A stretch of 63,757 nt of DNA, the filler included, from Conidiobolus incongruus B7586 (Eukaryota): assembly GCA_000697335.1 (NCBI GenBank). It is 10 parts of 10 records of this genome, joined end to end, with 100 filler letters (N's around TTAATTAATTAA, not from the genome) between each part and the next. Parts side by side here need not be neighbours in the genome. Positions count along the whole stretch, not along the records: positions 52,285 to 58,578 come from JNEM01000313.1; positions 58,679 to 63,757 come from JNEM01000314.1; 8 more parts are not named here. One strand, given 5' to 3'. How positions within the stretch are numbered: position 1 is the stretch's first letter; the number at the start of each line of letters is the position of its first letter. Shown piece by piece: positions 56,057 to 63,757 of the stretch. The position numbers and the translations under genes were made by a program. A model generated the notes under the pieces. The model did no database searches and was not told where the DNA came from. It was given only the letters and a program-made list of their open reading frames with translations.

Positions 56057-56958
56057 AACTTTTTATTATTTAAAGTTTAGCTGACTTTATAATGACTATT
56101 ATTGAATATAGAATGAATAATTGATTATATTCTGATTGATATTATTCTATTAATAATAAATATTAAAATAAACTTTAATAATTAACAAAGAATATTAAAA
56201 GCTAAGAATAATAATAGTAATATTTTAAATATAATGAGAGAGTATAAACTTTATAAAAAAGATTAAAAAAACTATGAAACTTTATAAAATAGTCAAGAAT
56301 AATAATGTTAAATTATTTAATAAATTTTTAAGTTTAATGGAATTTTGGATAATGCATTCAATATATTCTCGAAGTTTTTCCTAATTTGGAACCAGTCATG
56401 ATGAAAATTTATTTGAGTTTTTTAATTTATTTTTCTATTTTGGAAATTGAATATGATGTAATGTTAGGAATAGAGTCAATACATGATCATTATAGTTGGT
56501 TATCATATAGTTTGGGAACTTTTATTAGATCATAGATATATTATAAAGAACTATCCAATTTTGATCTATTTCTCTAATATTCATTTAAAACTATCTAATT
56601 TGAAATATGTTGAATATAACTGAATTTTGATATTTAGAATATATGATATATTTGCTATTGAGTTACATCAGCTTTTCGAATCCAAAATAACCTTTAATTA
56701 ATAATGGATATATTAATCAATATCGTGCTACTGGAACGGAGTTTATGGTGAATAAATTAAATTGACAGGATATCAAAATATATAATTGGAATTCATATTG
56801 ATTACTATGTTCATAAAAATTTTCATTATATTTTCCTCGATCTTAAAAACATATTTTATTACGGTTAAATAATAAATTAAAAATTAATTTTAAATTATTA
56901 TCTGAGTGATTAATTAAATTAATTGATTATATGTTAAATTTTATTCCATCATAATTAT

Positions 56959-57090
56959 CGCTTTAAATTTAACTAGTCCAAAATTAATCAAATTTGATCA
57001 TCCTTGTCCAAGACTTGCATGGTGTCCAGAGATCCCAAGGGAGTAAACCCCAATACCAATCCTGGAAGACTGGCTTGATTAATTCTCAAA
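56959..57090 (-). ncRNA. Candidate omegaRNA scaffold / transposon right end of the Fanzor element
   Basis: GC-enriched segment overlapping the ORF 3' end, with hairpins GCCAGTC-ttccag-GATTGGT, GGGG-ttta-CTCC and TGATCA-aatt-TGATTA, ending ...TTTAAAGCG before AT-rich flank; position fits TnpB/Fanzor omegaRNAs. Confidence 0.55.
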
Positions 57091-58130
57091 CAACAAAGGA
57101 GTATGATTCTAATAGCATTGATGCCTAGATCTATCTTTACATAACATTGAGGACGCTTGAAAGTATTGCTTAATCTAAGTTACATATGCAAATAACCACA
57201 ATTACCACATGTTTTTCTTGGGCGATGCTTCTTACAAATGACAACTTCGTACCAAAGATTTTCTCTTGTTTTGTTGAATAAGCTTTGTTTAAATCTGTAA
57301 TGAAACTAATTTAAAATTGCTTATATATATGTATTTACCCAGTATATTTATTAGCTTTTTTATTATTTTCTGAGTTCTAAATTCAAGAAACAAAATTACA
57401 AGGTATTATTCAATAATATACTTAAAATTTTCTTTTATACCTTTTTTGTATATTTCTAACCTTTTAATTTTTTATATACTTTTATTATATTTTATTATCT
57501 TTCTTATTTTTCAAATTTCTTTATAAGACCATCTGATTTATAATTTATTATAAATATATTAAAAATTATAAATTTTCCTAATATTTATATTTTATTTATT
57601 TAATCAAAATATTCAAAAAATACTTATTTAAAAAATCTATATTCTTTAATAAAAAGTTAAAATTCCTTTTTTAATAGTATTTTATTCAAGAGTTTAATTA
57701 TATTTTAATATCCAATAATATTAAAATACAAAAATATAATTCACCAAGTTTTGTCTTTTGAAGGTAATAACCTTAATCGAGTTTTTTAGCAATTAATTAA
57801 TTATTTAAATTAATCTCTCTTTCAAGAAAAAAAATAATATATAATATTCATTTTTTAACTTTTATAGTATATTATAATTAATAATTTTTCTCTAAGTTTG
57901 ATTTCATTTAACAAATTAATATCTTAATATATTTAATAAATAATTTTTCTATTTTATTAGCAATATTATATGGATTTTTTATTACAGATTGTTTTTTGTT
58001 ATTAAAATAATATACAAAGATTAATTATTTTTAATTTTTTTTGAAATATATTATTTCTATTAACTTTAATAAGACCTTATTTATAAGTTTATTTTGTTAT
58101 CATACAAATTTATTTAAGTTTTCTTTTGTT
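56988..58130 (-). pseudogene. Fanzor2/TnpB-like RNA-guided nuclease fossil
   Basis: Manual minus-strand translation gives, in order: TK*TYK*GL; PYNI; LQKTKLGELYFCI; ghost RuvC-I; IRKIY...YNKL*IRWS; YLVILFLEFRTQ; AILN*FHYRFKQSLFNKTRENLWYEVVICKKHRPRKTCGNCGYLH...TFKRPQC.VKIDLGINAIRIILL. This matches the recalled Fanzor2 consensus (TARWTYN, TPYDIR, RLGEFY.CIP, LDPGVRTF, ILLPEF, WSHYRF, DE..TSKTCGxCG, FxCPxC, DRDxNAARNIL). Confidence 0.85.
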
Positions 58131-61100
58131 TAAAATTTACAAAATAAATGACTTCTTTGGTTATATTTTAGTATTTTATTTTTTCTTTCATAATTAAATT
58201 TTATTTTCTTAAGAATTTTCCAAATATAATATATTATTCTTTATTAAATAATAGTTATTAAATTTCAATATAATTATTTATAAATTTTTTTCTTAAACCA
58301 AGTTTTTAATATTTTTACCAAAAGTTATATTTTATAAGAAAAATCTAAAAACTTTAAATTTATAATAGGAAAATATATTTTAATTGATATTATTCTGTAT
58401 TCTTAATAATAAGAATTTGATATAATTAGAAATAAATAAATATTTTGATATATAATATATTAAAATAATAATATAAAATAATATTAACTTTTTGTTTAAT
58501 TTTTAATAAATTTTAATAATTAAAAAATAAATCTATTTAATTAAAAATTAAAATATGATGTTTTACAAATTAATAAAANNNNNNNNNNNNNNNNNNNNNN
58601 NNNNNNNNNNNNNNNNNNNNNNTTAATTAATTAANNNNNNNNNNNNNNNNNNNNNNNNNNNNNNNNNNNNNNNNNNNNTAGAAAAAAATATTATATCTAA
58701 TATATTCTTTAGATTATAACTTATATGATTATAATTGTTTTAAGCAATTAACTAACTAGCTTACAAGAAAGAAAATTTTTATAAAAAAATTTAATTAGTT
58801 TATAAAATATAAAATTTTAGTCATTAATAAGAAGAATTATTTTTTAGGTATTAAAATTTTGCTTAAAATATTATAAAAAAATATTAAAAAAATTATTAAT
58901 TTTAAAATATATATTTATTTTTATTTTTTATATATTAATATATTAATTTTTTTTTAATTTCAAAAAATTCCCATTATTTAGATTAAAAAATATTAATTTA
59001 TTTTATAAATATTAAAATAAAATTAATAATTATAATAAAAATTTTAAATATATATATTATTATTAATGAATTTTTTTTAAACTTTCAAAAATATTTTAGA
59101 AAATATAAAATCAGAACTGATAGTAATATGGCTGACAATACCTTTGATTCTGAGTCTATAAGCTCAATATAGCTATATCACTGATAAGATTCTGGTTAAG
59201 ATTGCAATAAAAAAGATGATCGGAATAAATTAGAGGAGTAAAACTAACAAAATATACAACTAAAGGGAGGGGAAATTTTGGGATCCATAACTTCAATAAA
59301 GGGTGGTCCATTGTAATTAGAATTTAAAAATAAATCTATAAATCCCCTTTATAGAGTTATTGCACCTAAGGTTAATTTGGTTAATAATATATAAACAAAT
59401 AATCCAACTGATATTTTACTCCTATTAATTTGTGATTTCTCCTAAATAGCTGAGGATTCCACCAAAAGCTAATAATAAAAAAATTATTAATTTTATAATT
59501 TTGATATAATTTTGTTAACAAAATGATATGAGTATTAATTTTAAATTATTGATGTATTTTATAATATATGTCATAAATATCAAATAATTTCAAGATATTA
59601 ATTTAAAAAAAGTTTCAGATAATAATACCAGAATCAATTAATAAAGGTGACAAGATATATATAGTCAAATTGACAAGGTTTAGTAATTAATAATATTCAA
59701 ATATTTTATCTATTATAAAATTATTATAGAATAAAATTTTTCCATTTAATAAATTGAGAATATTTTTTATTATTACAAATATAAAATCATAAATTATAAC
59801 TTTATATAATATATATTTTAAATATTTAAGAAATTAAAATATAATTATGATTCTAATTTATATCAATCATTGTATTTTAAATATATTGAAAAAATTTAAT
59901 ATAATTAGTGTTATATATATCTAATATATTTTTGAACTTTGAATTCAATTTATATTAATAATATTGCCAATATGGAAAATTATAAATAATATTAGATTAA
60001 ATATATTTGATCAAATTCTAAAATTATTTATAATAATAAGTAATATAAATTAATTAATTATGTATAATTCAATAAATATAATAATATATAATATTTCATA
60101 ACTCAGGATAATATTTTAGTAAAATAATTTGATAGGTTATCAAAATCAATATATCAGTTTGAATTAAATATATAGTATCATTATTACTTACCAAAATTCT
60201 TGGTTTTTTAAATATATAAAAAATTATTATAAGATGTTTGATTATATATAGTATATCACTATAAAAGAAATTAATTATATAAATTTTAAAGTGAAAATCT
60301 AATATTTTTAAAATGTTTAAAATTATTAATATTGATATTAATAATATTATTTAATTTATAAAGATGTTATATATTGTATCAATATAATATGTTGTTAAAA
60401 TTTTGAAAAATAATGAACTAAATTTCCAAAAGTATGCTTTAAAATAATATTTTAGTGAAATACCTTTTTAAAAATAATGATTTATTTGTTAATAGTAAGA
60501 TGGATATTATAATGGTTATTAATAAAGACTATCACTATACCGTTTTGAACTTTTATTATTGTCAAAATTAGTTAAATATCACCTACTTTTTAACGGCGTA
60601 ATAATCAAAGTATTCGGTTTGCTCATAAGTTGAAAATAACCATATTTAAGGATAGATTTAGAAAGAATTCAGCATATGAAATAATATAACTTCAAAACCT
60701 GTAAGAATCTTTGGTGCAATGACTAATGTATTAATATACAAGTATAGTTTTTAGATATAATGTCTGATTACCTAATGATCTTAGTCAATTAATAGAACTA
60801 TTTGAATAATTAAAGTAATTGAATTGACTTTATAATATTTTAAAATATATTAAAATCTAAATATATATATTTGTTCTAATAAAAACATTTATTATTAAGA
60901 GTTCATTATTGAACTAAAGATTTTATTCTTATACTATTAAAGATAATCAATATAGAGAATTATATATCACGAAAATATATAATTTTATATAACATTTCAG
61001 TATATTTATAATATCAAATCTTATTTTAAATAATTTAATGTTATATTTATAATAGGAATTAAAACATAGCCTAAAAAATGAATTTTGATATTAATTAAAT

Positions 61101-61911
61101 TTATCAAATTAATTTAATAATATTAATTTTTTAAATAAATAAATTTCATATCATTTTCAGTAGCTCAGAGTCAAATATAAATTATTAAAATTTGATAATA
61201 TAGATCTGAAATAAGTCATTGTATTAAAATCATTATAACACTCTACGCTGATTATTACTAAATTTCTTAAAATAGTTTGTAATAATTATATTAATATAAT
61301 ATTAATCTATTTTAAAAATAAATATTTATTGATTTTTATCTATTATATACAATATTCATAATTGTTGAATATATTTTATTAATATACAATAATGTCATCC
61401 AAATGAAATTTATAAATTAATATTTAAAAATCATATTCAGGCTGATTTGAGATGTTAACTAATTATTAATTTTAAGTATTTATTTGGAAATTAAAATCAT
61501 AATAGAGTATATTAATATGACTAATGGTAAAATAATAAAATATGAATTGTCAATTATATATTAATTAATTAATCAATATCGCAAGATTCAATGATAGAAT
61601 GACACCTATCCAAATATTCGACAATTCATTAAATAATACATTTTGATGTATATCGTTTTATTTATTAGAAGAAACCAATATAAAGTATGGGAATCGTTCA
61701 CATTAAATTGAAAATATAACTATAATTAATATGAAACATATTTGAAATCATTCTTTATTAACATAACAACATTAATACAAATTTCTTTAAACTGATTATA
61801 TAATCAAAGAAATTAGTATTCAATTTATTAAACCCCTAGTATTTAATATATTTTGTACAAAAATATTGAAAATTTAATAATAGATAAGAACTTAAAGCTA
61901 AAGATATAATG

Positions 61912-62190
61912 TTATTTTAAATCATCCCTAATAACCATAAAATATTTTCCAGGCAATCCTGAGTGCAATGGAATCCCTGAGCGGACCATTCCTACTTTAT
62001 CCATACAAGAATCGTCATCATATAGCTCTATGTGAGAATCCAACGGAATTGTATAGTTGATTGAATCATCTATTTCATAACAATAAGGGAGATCAGGATC
62101 AGTTGTAATTTGGTGATTTTTACTTTTAATTGTGACAATTTGATAAATGAATATATAAAACAAAATTAATAAATAATTCAAAGATTTCAT
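61912..62190 (-). CDS. Small secreted protein (92 aa, 2 Cys), unknown function
   Basis: Signal peptide MKSLNYLLILFYIFIYQIVT; coding-like GC content; C...Y.D.SC pattern. Confidence 0.65.
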   Translation of the reverse strand: MKSLNYLLILFYIFIYQIVTIKSKNHQITTDPDLPYCYEIDDSINYTIPLDSHIELYDDDSCMDKVGMVRSGIPLHSGLPGKYFMVIRDDLK

Positions 62191-62699
62191 TATTTAACAA
62201 ATTAATTTAATAAAATTATTTATTTAAAATTAAAATATTAAAGAATTTATATCTAATAAATATTGATTAAAAGATCGTCAAGATTTAATAAATATGTGGC
62301 AAAGTTTATTTTGAAATTGAGATTTTACTAACTAGGAAAATATTATCTGAAACATAATGTTACATTTGTAAATTTCAAAAATTAATATAGCTTTGTATAT
62401 ATATATATATTTTAATATAATTAAATATATACTTAATCAATTATAAATGATTAGTTAGTATTATCATTATATTTTGAATTATGCCTATACTTAATTAATA
62501 TAATTTATAAGAAGTTTATAGTTTATTAGATAATATATAATATAAAACTTTTTAGTGATTGTAAGTTTAAAAACTATTTAAATATTACCCAGCGTATTTT
62601 AATATATGAATTTTAAATTAAAGTATTAATTACTATATTAAAATTACCTGAAATAATTTCATCAAGTTATAATAATTTTAAAAAAATAGAAATGAGTTA

Positions 62700-62930
62700 A
62701 TGAAATTAGGATTAGTTGTGTCCATATCAACCTCAGGATTTGCACAGTGGTTATTTTGATACCAAATTTTTGCAAGGCTAGTTTCTATATGTATATGGTG
62801 AATTGGGCCATAGTTTCAATTGCATACCCCATGGGTGGTTTCAATTGGTGCTACAGTCCCATTATCTCATTTCAATACAATACTCTGGGCTAAGATCCCA
62901 CTACTAGATAAAAAGGTAAGTGAATCAAGG
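62700..62930 (-). pseudogene. Decayed small secreted protein gene, possibly related to 61912..62190
   Basis: One frame reads LTFLSSSGILAQSIVLK*DNGTVAPIETTHGVCN*NYGPIHHIHIETSLAKIWYQNNHCANPEVDM, with two TGA stops and similar Cys spacing. Confidence 0.4.
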
Positions 62931-63757
62931 TTTTATAATTGAAAATAATGGTGTTAATTTTTTTGAACTATTAATCGTACTGAGAGTAATATTTTAAGGG
63001 TAAAATTCATAAATATTATTGAATATATATAATATTGAAAAAATTAACGATGAATTTTGATTCAATATCTCAATCAGGGTTAAATTTTTAATTAAACAAT
63101 CGAGCTAATCTCAATTGTAGATTGCTTTTTTCAGCTTCAAATTTAATAATATACCTTTGTAAATATAAATATTTATCAATATATTATCTAAAATAAAGAT
63201 ATTTGTAAAAATCAAATGTCGGTATTTTTATAATTGTAAAATTTGAATGGTATTAGTTATCTAATGTTATTTCTAATACCAAAATATATAAAACAATTTT
63301 TGAAAAATAAACAAATTGAATAATTAAATAAATGAAAAATTCAAAGTATTGATTAGAGAGAAATTATAAGAATAGTTGTAATATTATGAAAGTATATAAT
63401 CAATTAGATAATATTTTAATACTCTAAATACAAAGCTGAATAATTAAATATTTTATATTATATTATTCTTGAAATTAAAAAAAAATATTATTTCTGATTT
63501 TAATAAATAAATATTTTATAAATATTAATTTTATTATTATTTTTACAATATAAAGTTAAAAATTTATTTATCATTAGTTTCAATATTTTCAATATTAGAT
63601 TAAAAATAAATTTATTGAAATTTTTAAATTAAAAAATATCTTAAAATAAACTTATAATAGGACTTTTAATTATAAATAATAAGATTTTTTTTTTGAATAA
63701 AAATAAATTAATATTTTAATATAAAATTTTTAAAATAAATATAAAATATAAAATCAA

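Noticed and set aside
59100..59470. GC-enriched block, possible DNA-transposon remnant (similar blocks at ~45270-45970, ~49990-50100, ~60520-60730)
   Set aside because: No recognisable motifs or terminal repeats by eye
1..63757. CRISPR arrays, rRNA, complete tRNA genes, alternative genetic code
   Set aside because: None seen. Intact genes use TAA/TAG as normal stops; internal stops occur only in decayed elements.

Overview
Extremely AT-rich eukaryotic DNA, almost certainly fungal. Short GT-AG introns and an intronless F-box/LRR family suggest an early-diverging fungus such as a Conidiobolus-like entomophthoralean (inference). The window is ten ~5-8 kb pieces joined by identical 100-nt linkers (44 N + TTAATTAATTAA + 44 N), so adjacency across gaps is uncertain. 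Intact host genes: a GPI-anchored Ser/Thr-rich cell-wall protein, a divergent OHCU decarboxylase / NIT4-like nitrilase pair, an F-box/LRR protein, calcipressin (RCAN), Pet191/COA5, histone H1, a FAR-17a/AIG1-like membrane protein, a Seb1/Msn2-like C2H2 factor, a Cla4-type PAK kinase and a small secreted protein. The most interesting elements are invisible in the ORF track because they are destroyed by C>T/G>A mutation. (1) A near full-length Fanzor2/TnpB-like RNA-guided nuclease fossil on the minus strand (~56960-58130) with a comparatively well-preserved, hairpin-rich 3' end that is a candidate omegaRNA/right end. (2) A complete chromodomain Ty3/Gypsy element (20197-25809; 374-bp LTRs, ATATA TSD) plus a solo LTR of the same family (12830-13173), with a RIP-like mutation pattern. 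Several decayed paralogues of host genes are also present. All motif assignments are by manual translation and recalled family consensus; no searches were run.
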